Shown here piece by piece: positions 9,559 to 20,219 of a DNA stretch of 64,000 bases. Position numbers and translations under genes: made by a program. The notes beneath the pieces are model-generated. The model ran no database searches and was not told where the DNA came from. It saw nothing but the letters and a program-made list of their open reading frames with translations. Position 1 is the stretch's first letter; each line of letters starts with the position of its first letter. The DNA lies in assembly GCA_963845755.1 (NCBI GenBank), contig CAWJTV010000020.1, positions 96,001-160,000 on the forward strand. The letters run 5' to 3'. The stretch comes from an uncultured Planctomycetota bacterium. GTDB taxonomy: Bacteria; Planctomycetota; Planctomycetia; Isosphaerales; Isosphaeraceae.

Positions 9559-9764
9559 GCGTCGCGATCCTCAAGCGTCAAACGGCTCGACAGGTCCTTG
9601 TGGACATCTTCTATCACTACGCGACCCAGGGAGCCGTGCCGGCGGCTCGCCGATTCCTCGCCCGGGCCGAGGCGACGTTCGACCGATTAGAGCGCTTACC
9701 AGATGGGTTGCGCACAAGAACAGCCGATCTCCGGCGGCCTGACAGGCCGCCGATGATCGGCTAA
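9555..9764 (+). pseudogene. ParE/RelE toxin, C-terminally truncated near 9690
   Basis: ATGA overlap with the antitoxin; TARQVLVDIFYHYA...AARRFLARAEATFDRL; similarity stops at an IS-end-like sequence. Confidence 0.75.
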
Positions 9765-9919
9765 GCCCGGCTCGCGCCCACCACCAAGGCCGCAGAGGCC
9801 GTGCGCGATTATTGGCTCGCGTCGGATCCCGATGGCCCGCACGACCCTCTGCGGTTCTGGGAGGCCGTTCCGGAGCCCCCCCGACAACCGGGCCTTTGGC
9901 AATTCACCGGCCCTGGGAG

Positions 9920-10307
9920 CCTCTTCGGGTTCGGGGGCGGCGTCGCAGCGGAGCCGGACGTGATGCGGCAGCTCGATCTCGAAGCGTGGGGAGGGCGCCG
10001 TCTCCTCCGGGCGGGGCGCGGGATCGAACGGGAGCGGGACGAACAGGGGCGGATCGGGCCGCAAGTCAGGCGAGGGCGCGGCCAGTCGCCGCCCCCAGGC
10101 GTAGAACGCGGCCGAGGAGACTCCCTCACGCGCGCAGAAAGCGGAAATCAACAGGCCGCTGGCGGCCTGCCGCCGGACGCGGAGCCGCCAGGTGTGTTCG
10201 AGACTGAGGTCCTTGGGACGTGCCATGAGCTGACTCCTGGGTGGGAAGAACGGAACCAACCCAGTAGGGTAGCAGCCGTGGCAAGACTGGTTTTACCGTG
10301 TGCTTAC
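9920..10307 (-). mobile_element. IS66-family remnant: left end plus tnpA-like ORF (start 10226); no tnpB or tnpC
   Basis: W..R.RRQAASGL.ISAFCAREGVS...FYAW.RRL and EIELP..V.LR; the minus strand begins GTAAGC at 10307, a typical IS66 terminus. Confidence 0.75.
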
Positions 10308-10385
10308 CAAACTCTTGTCGAAGGAATCTTGGTCGTCAGTGACGACGGCCAGTTCGACGCTTATGGCGTCAGCCGCGCCTGGTGA
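10308..10385 (+). pseudogene. C-terminal tail of a VapC/PIN toxin, cut by IS66
   Basis: QTLVEGILVVSDDGQFDAYGVSRAW-stop matches the usual PIN-toxin C-terminus. Confidence 0.6.
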
Positions 10386-10394
10386 TGCAGAGGT

Positions 10395-10520
10395 TCCGCT
10401 TGGCGGCCCTCGGCCGGTTGCCGAAGGCCGACGAATGCGCGCAGTCCGCCGAGATTGTGGCCCGGTTCGGCTCGCTCAAGCAGGCGTTCGCCCTGGTCAA
10501 GCGGTGACCGGCAGCAACGC
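10395..10520 (+). pseudogene. Fragment 1 of DNA phosphorothioation-associated putative methyltransferase (TIGR04096-like)
   Basis: ALGRLPKADECAQSAEIVARFGSLKQAFALVKR; near-copy of 13330-13440. Confidence 0.7.
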
Positions 10521-10573
10521 AAGAGCGGACCGTCCATGGCCGCGTCGCGACGACGCCAGGCGATATCGACCGA

Positions 10574-11106
10574 TCAACTCTCGCCGAAGCATTGGATCAC
10601 GACGTGGCATCTCCAGGTCCATTCGACGTCAACCCGGCTCGAGCGCCGAGCGTTCGCGCAGACCTTGACGGTGAGTGTCCCGTGAGCGAGGTCGGCCTCG
10701 AGGGCGGTGTTGACCCCCTCCCTCGACCTGGCGAACATATACTCCACCTCGGGGCTGCCGAACCAGAACTCGAATCCGCTGATCGTGACGATGGCCAACC
10801 GGGTCGTCGCTCTGATCTTGAATTCCTTCTCCCGCGTCACCGGGAAGCCCGCCGAGGGGTCTTCGTCCTCCTTGAAGACATGCTCGATCACCTGGAGGAG
10901 CGCGAGTTTTTTCCCTTCCTGGTAATCGGAGGATCGGGCCACGCTGCTGCCGACGACCACTTCTCGGCTGATCTTCCGCGAGCGCACCGCGTTGGGGAAG
11001 TCCTGCGCGCGCGCCTCCGGCGCCCGGTCAGTAGGGCACCGACGCCGAGGGCTCCCGCCGCCGTGAGGAGATCCCGCCTGCTCTCGCTCGACGAATCCTT
11101 GGACAT
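10574..11106 (-). CDS. Tat-signal protein of unknown function, paralogue A (frameshift near 11010)
   Basis: MSKDSSSESRRDLLTAAGALGVGALL in one frame; mature domain in ORF 10574..10987 is strongly similar to paralogue B. Confidence 0.75.
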
Positions 11107-11244
11107 GGTCGGTCTCCCGTGAGGGTGGTCATCGGCTCTCCCGGAGGTCAGGTCGCTTGCCTCACCTCGACCGGGCTTGATGTCTTGAGAGTGCCTGTTC
11201 TGGAAATTCACAAGGGATCTGCGAAACGGGTGTCCCGTCGTCGG

Positions 11245-11835
11245 TCAACCCTCACCGAAGCACTGGATCACGACATGGCACCTCCAGGTCCATTCGCGGT
11301 CCAACCTTCCCCAGAACCTCCAGTTCGCGCGAACCTTGGCAGTGACGGTATTGCGACCGAAATCGGCCTCAAGGCCGGCATGGAAGCCGTACCGCGACGA
11401 GGCCGCGATCGACTCCATCTTGGACGTGCCGATCCAGACCTCGAAGCCGCTGATCGTGACGATGGCCAGCTTCGTCGCCGCATCGACTGTGAACTCCTTG
11501 ACGCCGGTCGCCGGATACCCCGCGGACGGGTCATCATCTTCCTTGAAGACATGCTCGATCACCTGAATCATCGCATAGGATTTCGTCGCGTCATAGGCCG
11601 GGGACCGGGCCACACTCTTCCCCACCGTGACTTCCTCGCTGATCCTCCGCGATCGCGGCGTGTCATCGCCCTCTCGAATGATCACATCTCGGCCGATGAC
11701 CCGCTTCGAGCCCGGGGGTTGGCCCTCGTCCTGGGCGGCCGAGGTAGCCTTCGGGTTCGAAAGGGCACCGACGACAAGGGCTCCCGCCACCGTGACGAGA
11801 TCCCGCCGGGTGTCCCTGGACGAATCACTGGGCAT
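11245..11835 (-). CDS. Tat-signal protein of unknown function, paralogue B
   Basis: MPSDSSRDTRRDLVTVAGALVVGALS...SAA|Q; shares QVIEHVFKED.DPSAG.P, LAIVTISGFE.W.G and EWTWRCHVVIQCFGE with paralogue A. Confidence 0.8.
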   Translation of the reverse strand: MPSDSSRDTRRDLVTVAGALVVGALSNPKATSAAQDEGQPPGSKRVIGRDVIIREGDDTPRSRRISEEVTVGKSVARSPAYDATKSYAMIQVIEHVFKEDDDPSAGYPATGVKEFTVDAATKLAIVTISGFEVWIGTSKMESIAASSRYGFHAGLEADFGRNTVTAKVRANWRFWGRLDREWTWRCHVVIQCFGEG

Positions 11836-11971
11836 GGTCGATCTCCCCGGATGGCGGTTATCGGATCCGCCGGAGGGCCGGACGCTCGCGGCACTTCGGT
11901 GTGCCCCGTCATTAGAATTGATGAGATGAGGAATTGCAAGGCATCGTCGATCGACTGGTCCGTTACGGCCC

Positions 11972-12526
11972 TCGGAGCTCTTGCCCAACGCCCTCTATAT
12001 CCATCGCAGCGCCCTCGAATCGCTCGACCCGCTGCTCCGCGTCTCTGAGGGCTGCGCTAGAGCCTATCTCGGTGACGTCGAAAGAGCGAACCTGATCAAG
12101 CTGCACCGTCAATCCGGCAAGGTGTCCTACCTCGTCTACCCCGACTTCGAGACCGATCCCCACCCGGCCCTGTTGCGGAGCATCAAGCTCAACCTCCGCA
12201 CCCGCGAGATCGAGGGCACCGACTATGCCCCGAGCCCGAACCCGCCGGTCCTCCACCGCAAGCAGACGTTCCTGCTGCCCGACCACCCCTTGCGGGCGAA
12301 GTTTGAGCGGCTGACGCGCCAGGAGGAGCGGGCCGGGTTGCTGGACCAGACCGCAACGATCGGCACGCGGGAGGGGTGGGCGGAGCGGCTGCGCGCGAGG
12401 GGTTACGCGCTCCGAGGCCATCGGCTCGTTCGATGCAAGGTGAGGGATTGCCTCCCAGAGGCACGATCGGATGATGCCGAGTCCGGCGGCCCGGAGCAGT
12501 CAGGAAGGGCTGAGTCGGCCGGCTAA
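11972..12526 (+). pseudogene. Fragment 2 (C-terminal domain) of DNA phosphorothioation-associated putative methyltransferase
   Basis: LLPNALYIHRSALESLDPLLR..EGCARAYLG...ANLIKLHRQSGKVSYLVYPDFETDPHPAL...NPPVLHRK; no start or SAM-binding domain. Confidence 0.8.
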
Positions 12527-12773
12527 CCGCCCGCATCGACAAACGGCCCGAACCAATCGAGCCGGTAAGTGAGGTCTTCGAGGAGTTCATCATAAGTCAC
12601 GCAGAAGATCCGCTTGGAATTGACGATGACATGCTCGCAGCGCCAACGCAAGCGGTCATATTCACCGACATTCATGTGCTGATTACGGACGATGAGTCAA
12701 GAAGAGCCTGGAACTCCGCGACCTCGGCCTGAGCCGCGCGGGGATCGAGCGCATGAGGCACGAAGTCGGGCAT
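12523..12773 (-). pseudogene. Shedu/DUF4263-like nuclease gene with the catalytic core deleted
   Basis: N-terminus MPDFVPHALDPRAAQAEVAEFQALLDS joined out of frame to C-terminus RNQHMNVGEYDRLRWRCEHVIVNSKRIFCVTYDELLEDL. Family call is from recalled similarity only. Confidence 0.55.
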
Positions 12774-13189
12774 GGGACGAATCCCTCCCCTTACTTGGCC
12801 CCAGCGATTGTTTGTAGGGTCTCATGGTGGACGATGTCGGCAACCTCCGGGGGCTGGCCCGGGCGCGCGGAAATCAGAATCCTCCAGCCACCATCGACCG
12901 GTATCACGTAGAACGTCTCCGACACGCCTGGTCTCCTGACCGCGCGCGCGTCACTAGCTCAAAGAAAACTTGGCGAGGGTCTCCAGCCGCTCTCGGATCG
13001 CCACCTGGTCGGCTTCCGGCAGTTGGTGGAAGGCGTTGAATGCGCGATAGTGCAGCCCGAACCCAGCGATTTCCATCATCGGCCCCCTCAGCCTCGACCC
13101 CGCGCCGTTTCTTCTCGGGGCGGACGTCTGCCTACCAGACTACATTCTACGTCAGGATTCCCACCCCGCTCAAGGTCGGGAGTTGTTCG

Positions 13190-13800
13190 GCGCTGCTCGA
13201 CGAACGGGCGACCATCGGCACGCGGCCAGCCGGCAGCGGCGCAAGGTCGCGGCGCCGCGCCAACGGGTCTCGGAGGTCCGGTTCGAGGAGAATCGGGAGC
13301 TGCTCGAACCGTTCCAGGCGACGATCTCGGCCTTCGGGCGGCTGCCGGAGGCCGACGAATGCGCGCAGGCCGACGAGATCATGGCCCGGTTCGGCTCACT
13401 CAAGCTGGCGTTCGCCCTGGTGAAGCGGGTGACCGGCGGCGACGACTGGGACGCAATCGCCCGGAGCAGCACCGAGGACCTGCTCGTCTACCTGTCCCTC
13501 GGCCGCTTCCGGCGACGTCCGCCGATGTCCGCTGTGTCGATCGGACTCCAGCGGGACATCCGGTCGTTCTTCGGCAACGATGCCAGCGCCGGCCGCCCGG
13601 CCGACGACCGGCTGTTCTACTTCGGCGATGCCGAGACTGTCCATGGCGCCTGCGGCCGCTCATTTATCGGCAGGCCACTGCGCAGTACCGTGTATCGGCA
13701 CCGCAGCGTCCTGGAACCCCTCGACTCGCTCCTCCGCGCCTCTGAGGGCTGCACCCGGGATTACCTGGGTGAAGTCGCAGGCGCGAATCTCATCCACCTG
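13190..13800 (+). pseudogene. Fragment 3 of the same methyltransferase family (second gene copy)
   Basis: LLDERATIGTR joined to ASRQRRKVAAPRQRVSEVRFEENRELLEPF...EDLLVYLSL..F...HRSVLEPLDSLLRASEGC; overlaps fragments 1 and 2 in protein coordinates. Confidence 0.75.
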
Positions 13801-14913
13801 TCCGATCCGGCCGGTCGCCTTCGCGTGAATCCGAAAACGGCTGACTTTCCGAAATGGGTCCGACGGCGTTCCTCCTGAGTTTTCGACTACACTTGCGTGA
13901 GTGGATGGTCTGCGGCCTGTCCTTGATGACTTGGGCCGGGCCGGGGTGGTCGAGCAGTCCCCGAAAGGGCGTCAACAGGAAACGAGGTATGGCCAGACCC
14001 AATCCAGAGTGATCTGCACCAATTCATTAATGCGTGATTGGTGACATTCAGATAATCGTTACCACCCCCCGATTTCTCCTGGCCTTTTTTTTGCCCGAAG
14101 CGGCGGAGTGTCCGCGAAACTTCGTATAATCAAGTGGTCAGGTCGTCCTGTTGGCGTTCGGGGTGCGCGAAGAGAATAACGAAATCGAGCCGGAGAGATC
14201 GGGGAGTTCAAAAGGTTGGGTGGAATTTCGACCAATAACGAAGCCAACGGCGCCTTAATAGTTAGGGGACAAGTGGCGGCTAGTGGGACGAGACGCTGTG
14301 CGAAACGCACAAAACAAAGCCACGATTGTAAGATTTGGGAAGAATTTGACGATTGTAGCGAGGTGTGGATGGAAGACCCCAGGCTCCTGACCAGCGGATC
14401 GGCGAAAAACGAAGCCAAGATCGAGAAGTTGGGACGGTTTGTGATGGTTTCGACGGTTCGATCGACAGTATCGACGGTGCAGGCATGCGTCCTACTGCGG
14501 ATCTCCAACACGATCGACGATTGGGACTATCCATCATTGCATTATTCGATTCAAAACGCCTGGCAATAGCGAGACCGCATTATCCCAATCAATCAAGCTC
14601 AGATGTTCCTCGTCTTGACTTGGCGGGGAGGAGCGTGCAATGATATCCGTATTGCTTTAGAGGCCCGACGGCTCGTCAGTCGGGATGATTCACGCCTGCA
14701 TGATAGTATTGACGCGTATTATCAGCAAACCGGCCCCAAGATGGTCGCCGGGCTTGAACTGGTGGGGGTCGCGAGCGTAATAACAGGACTGACCCCAGTG
14801 AATCGATAAATGGTGTCATTCCGAATGGGTGTCTCGATGTCAGCGTCGAGGGGTGATCGGCCGGGTTGGGCCGGCTTCCTGGTTTGAAGCGGACGAGAGC
14901 AGGCATCAGCACG

Positions 14914-17900
14914 ATGGACAACGGGCGCACTTTACAATGGCGACGGCGCCGGGAACGTCGGACGACGTGCCGGCTGAGCTGTGAGGTGATGGAGCGCCGC
15001 CAGCTCTTGTCCGCGCTCATGGTGACCAACACCAACGACGATACCAATCCCCATTCGCTACGATGGGCCGTCCTCCAGGCTAATTCGAGCACGGGGTCGG
15101 CCACGATCGACTTCGACATCCCGGGAACCGGGCCGGCGACGATCACGTTGAGCACATCGCTGCCGGCCTTCATCAATCCCGTGGTGATCGATGGGGAGTC
15201 CGAGCCGGGATACGCGGGCACACCCCTGATCGAGATCAGTGGGGCGGGCCTGACGGGATCGGGGAACAACGGCCTTGTCATTGCGGCGGGGGGCAGCACG
15301 ATCGAGGGGTTGTCGGTCGTCGGCTTCTCGAATGCGGCGATCGTGCTAACGAACGGCGGGAGCAATGTGATCCAGGGGAATTACCTGGGCGTCATGCCCT
15401 CCGGCACGCAGGCGATCGCCAACGGAACGGGGCTGTCTGTGTTCGGCTCGTCGAATAACACGATCGGCGGCGGCGGGGCAGGCAACGTGATCTCCGGCAA
15501 TACCGGCGACGGGATCGAGATCCAGTCCGGGGTGACCACCGCGACCGGCAATCTCATTACCGGCAACCGGATCGGCACCACGGCCGACGGCAGCACGGCG
15601 CTGGGCAATTCCCACGATGGGATCGACATCCAGGGCGCCTCGGATAACTTCATCGGATCACCCGGACCCTCGTTCGGCAACGTGGTGTCCGGGAACCTGG
15701 GTGCGGGGATCAGTGTGTCCCAGACCGCCTCGGGTACGCAGATCGAGGGGAACACCATCGGCCTGGCCGAGGACGGTCGGACGCCGCTCGGCAACGGCGG
15801 CGACGGGATTGAGCTCGACGACGCACCCGAAAGCGTGATCGGCGGCCTCGGGGCGAGTGGGGGCAACCTGATCTCGTCCAACCAGGGCGACGGCATCAAC
15901 ACCTCCCGAGGATCCGACGGAACCTGGGTGGCCGGGAACTGGATCGGGACCGATGCGACCGGCAACCTCGCGCTGGGCAATCTCGGCAACGGGATCACCC
16001 TTGGTTCCTCGTCGAACACGATCGGAGGGACCATCGGCGGGGCGGCGAACGTCATCGAATATAATGGGACCGGCCGCGTGGGGGCCGGGGTCGAGCTCTC
16101 GGGAGAGGTCGACCAGGATCTGATCCTCTCCAACTCGATCTACGCCAATGCCGGGCTGGGGATCAATCTGGGGAGCGGGCCGACCCCGAATCACGCGCCG
16201 GGCACCCCGGGCCCCAATGATTATCAGAACTACCCGGCGCTGTCGCTGGCCCAGAGCGACGGGAGCCAGACGACCGTCCAGGGGACGCTCTCCGAAAGCC
16301 CGAGCTCCCAGTATTTCATCCAGTTCTTCGCCAGTCCGATGCAGGATCCGTCCGGTCACGGCCAGGGGAAAGTGCTGATCGGCTCCCAGTATGCCCAGAC
16401 CGACGTCCACGGGAATGCCACCTTCTCGATGACGCTGGCGACGTCCGCGTTCCCCGGTCAGTTCATCTCGGCGACGGCCACAAGCGCCACAAACGACACG
16501 TCGGAGTTCTCCTCCGACGTCCAGGTCCAGGGGCAGATCAACCTCGTGCTGTCGGGCTCGGCCACGCCCAACCCGGTGCTGGCCGGCGGGGCTCTCACCT
16601 ATACGTTCACCGTCTCCAACGAGGGTTACGAGAACGCCGATGGTGTGTCCCTGACGGATCAGTTTCCCGGTAGCCTCACGCTCGGGTCGGTCTCGACCAG
16701 CCAGGGGTTCCGCGTCCCGGTCTCTTCGCCGGGCCTGGTGGACGTCTACCTGGGCACGATCGCGATCGGCGCGAGTGCGACGGTGACCATCGTGACCCAG
16801 ACCGGCGGCGGCTCGGTGGGAACGATCATCGACTCGGCGACGGTCACCAGCCAGGAGTCCGATCCAACCCCATCCTTGGAATCGGCGTCCGTCACGACCA
16901 CGGTCCTGGCTGACGCCGATCTGTCCGTCGCGATAGCCGAGGGCCCGAATCCGGCCCTAATGGGCACCAACCTGACGTATACCATGACGTTGGCCAACCA
17001 GGGCCCGGACCCCGCCGCGAACGTGGTCGCCACCCTGCCCGTGGCTTCGGGTCTCTCATTCGTCTCGGCCACTGCGAGCGTGGGAACGGCCTCGTATGAG
17101 GATGGTCAGGTTGTCGTCACCCTGGGAAGTCTGGCGGTGAACTCCGCAGACACGGTCACTTTGGTCCTCCAGGCCCAGGCCCCCGGCGAGGTCCAGGAGA
17201 CGGCCTCGGTTACTAGCCAGGCCGACGATCCTAATCCGTCGAACAACGCCGCCAGCGTGACGACGGAGATCGACCCCGCCACCGATCTGTCGGTGCATGT
17301 CGCCGCCTCGACACCGGTCGCCGCGACCGGCGTGCCTTTCGATTATGTCGTGACCGTTACCAACAACGGCCCCATGGCTGCTACAAGTGTCGCCCTGAGC
17401 GACTCACTGCCGACCGGCGTCACCTTCGTCTCCGCCACGACCGATCAGGGCGTCGTCCCGAGTCAGGCCGGCGGCATTGTGACGGCGACCCTCAGCACCC
17501 TGGCTGTGGGTGCGTCGGCCAACCTCACGATCGTCGTCAATCCGACCGCGTCGCCGGGCGCGATCCTGACCGACTCGGCCTCGGTCACCGGTGAACCGGT
17601 CGAACTCGAATCCGTCCAATAACACGGCGAGCCTGGATACACCGATCCGGGGGGTGAGCGACCTGGAGATCGTCGCGACAGCACAGCCCGGAACGGTCGA
17701 AGTCGGCCAGCCGATGACCTATACCATCGCCGTGAACAATGTGGGGCCGGCCGATGAGCCCGACGCGGTCGTGAGCGGCTCGCTGCCGCCCGGGATGACG
17801 GTGAGGTCGGCGCTCCCGACTCAAGGCTCCGCACCGACGTTCAACCAGGGAGCTTTCACGCTCGATCTTGGCCCACTCCACGCCGATTCGAGCCAGCCGG

Positions 17901-19786
17901 CGACCATCACGCTGGTCGCCATTCCGGGCATCACCTCGGTCGGCCTGCAGTCGGCCACATTTGTGGTCCAGGGCCAGGACTACGATCCCGATACCTCCAA
18001 CAATACGGCCCAGGTCGCGAGCGACATCGAGCCCGTGACCGAATTGGGCGTCAGCATTACGCCGGGTCATGGCCCGGCCATCGCGCAAAGCAATTGGACC
18101 TACACCCTGACCGTCTCGAATGCGGGTCCTTCGGATGCCACCGGCGTGATCGCGACGTCCGCGCTTCCGGCGGGCGTCGAGTTCGTCTCGGCCTCATCCA
18201 GCGAGGGCTCCAGCCCCATCGAGCAGGACGGGACCATAACGGCCAGCCTGGGCGACCTCGTCGCGGGGAAGACGGCGACGGTCACAATTGTCGTCCAGCC
18301 GACCCCCGCCGTCGCCGCCGACGGGTCGATGGTCCTCTCGGCCGCGGTCCAGGGGGATGAGACGGACCCTAACCCCTCCAACACACAGACAACCCTGACC
18401 GTGCCGGTCATGCCCTCGGTGACCCTTGCAGTCCGCCTCGTGTCCACGCAGCCGTGGGTCCAGAGCGGCCAGACGATCACGTTCCTTGCGACTGTGAACA
18501 ATCTCGGGACGACGCCGGCCACGAACGTCGTCGTGAACCTCCCCTCGGTGAACGGCCTCACTTATGAATCGTTAACGGCCAGCCAGGGGAGCATGATCCT
18601 GGTCAACGGCCAGCTCGTCGGCCGGTTCGGTGCGTTGGATCCCGGGGCCAGCGCCACCCTGACCGTTGTCGAGCTGGCGACGGCCCCAGGAGACCTCACT
18701 CAACCGGCGTCCCTCTCGGATCCCGAATACAACCTGGATCCTCAAGGGGCTTCGACCAGCGCGACGGTCCAGGTCCAGGAGTCGGCGGGTACGGTCCAGT
18801 TCGCCGGCGGGAACGACTTGGTGAGCGATCTGTCCGGTGTCGCCGTGCTCTCGGTGGTCCGCCTCTACGGGGCCAGCGGCTCCATTACCGTCAATTACCA
18901 GACCATCGCCGTCGATGCGACGCCGGGCGTCAACTATCTTCCCACCTCGGGGACGCTCACCCTCGGGCCCGGGCAGACGTCCGCTTCCATCCAGGTTCCG
19001 GTCCTCAACGATCCCTACGAGAACCACGACAACTACGTCAACGTCGTACTCGAGGGCCCGACGGGAGGAGCGGTCCTCGGCGGAATGACCACGACCGTCC
19101 TTCGAATCGTGGACTCCGACCCCGACGTGACACCGCCGCAGGTCTCCGGCCTGAGCTGGGCCGGCTCCTCCGGTGCGATTTCGAGTTTGACGCTCAATTT
19201 TTCGTCACCGTTGGATCCAAATTATGCGTCGGATCCGTCGAACTACCAGATCGTCAATCTCGCGCTTGGCTCGGCCGTACCGATCGCCTCGGTCAGCTAC
19301 AACGCGACGACCGACACGGTCACGGTGGTACCGGCGGCGCCTCTACCCTCCGGCCAGTACGACCGGATCGAGGTCGTGGGCAGCGGTGCGGCAGCGGTCC
19401 GCGATCTGGCGGGGAATCTCCTCGATGGCAGCGGCTTTGGGATAGCCGGCTCGAACTACGTGGCGACGTTCGCCCAGGGCACTCGTCTGCAATATGTGGA
19501 CAACCGCGGCAATCGCGTCACGCTTCAACTCAAGGGAGCCGGATACCTGGAGCAAGTGCGAGACGCCTCGGGCGAAGGCATCCTGCTCGACGTCGTCGGT
19601 ATGGTCCCTCATCGGACGACCCTCTCGGGCAACATCAAGGCTCCCGGGAGGCACAAGAAAGGGCAGACGGACCTGGGCACGATCACGGGCCTCGGCCAGT
19701 TCGGCGACGTCCACGTGCTCCTCAAGACGCCGCCGTTCCGGGTCACGCAATTCCCGTTCGTGCGGCGTGGGAGCGGCGTCCTGTAA
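14914..19786 (+). CDS. Large surface protein/adhesin (~1620 aa): parallel beta-helix, six DUF11-like Ig domains, Calx-beta, Ig-like tail; frameshift near 17605
   Basis: CEVMERRQLLS motif; SLRWAV..AN; GN.IG/N.ISGN repeats; six L.(V/I)...TYT.TV.N.G units; GTVQF...SGTLT...GQTSASIQVP.LND. Confidence 0.88.
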
Positions 19787-19913
19787 GCCGGCAACTCCGG
19801 CGATGGCTGGTCCCGCGCTCTTGACGATCGGCGTGGTCAACGGCTATCTTTCGTGAGACATAACGAGTTAAACTCTTTGCATCAGAGTATCGCCGTCGAT
19901 GAGGCTCTGTACG

Positions 19914-20168
19914 ATGAAACGGATCGGACGAATCAAGATACGAGCGATCGGACTCATCACCCTCCTGATGATGCTGGGTGGGGATCGGGCATGGGCCTGC
20001 CCGAATTGCAAGGAAGCCGTATCCCTCCAGTCCGAGGAAGTCAGCAATCTCGCCAGCGGTTACAACTGGAGCGTACTCTTCATGCTGGTCGTGCCGTTCT
20101 CGATGATCGGGACAGGGGCTTTCCTGGTCCAGCGCGCGTCCCGACGTGGGAACCTGCCTGAACTCTGA
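19914..20168 (+). CDS. Small membrane protein with AWA|CPNCK motif
   Basis: Signal-like N-terminus, CxxC immediately after the predicted cleavage site, one C-terminal TM helix. Confidence 0.7.
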   Translation: MKRIGRIKIRAIGLITLLMMLGGDRAWACPNCKEAVSLQSEEVSNLASGYNWSVLFMLVVPFSMIGTGAFLVQRASRRGNLPEL

Positions 20169-20219
20169 GGACCCAGGCTCGAGTTGCATACGCGTCTGGG
20201 CTCGTTCGCAGCCTCTCGA

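Noticed and set aside
10395..13878. A functional phosphorothioation or anti-phage system
   Set aside because: All components are fragments lacking catalytic domains; no dnd or ssp genes in the window.
13915..13990. Hammerhead ribozyme (TTGATGA...GAAA)
   Set aside because: Core is not CTGANGA and stem II does not pair.
14275..14335. c-di-GMP-I riboswitch (GGGACG...AAAGCCAC)
   Set aside because: Lacks the GGCAAAC entry motif, correct element order and the second stem.
14059..14809. Short ORFs upstream of the adhesin
   Set aside because: Atypical composition, no motifs or clear RBS; not supportable as genes.
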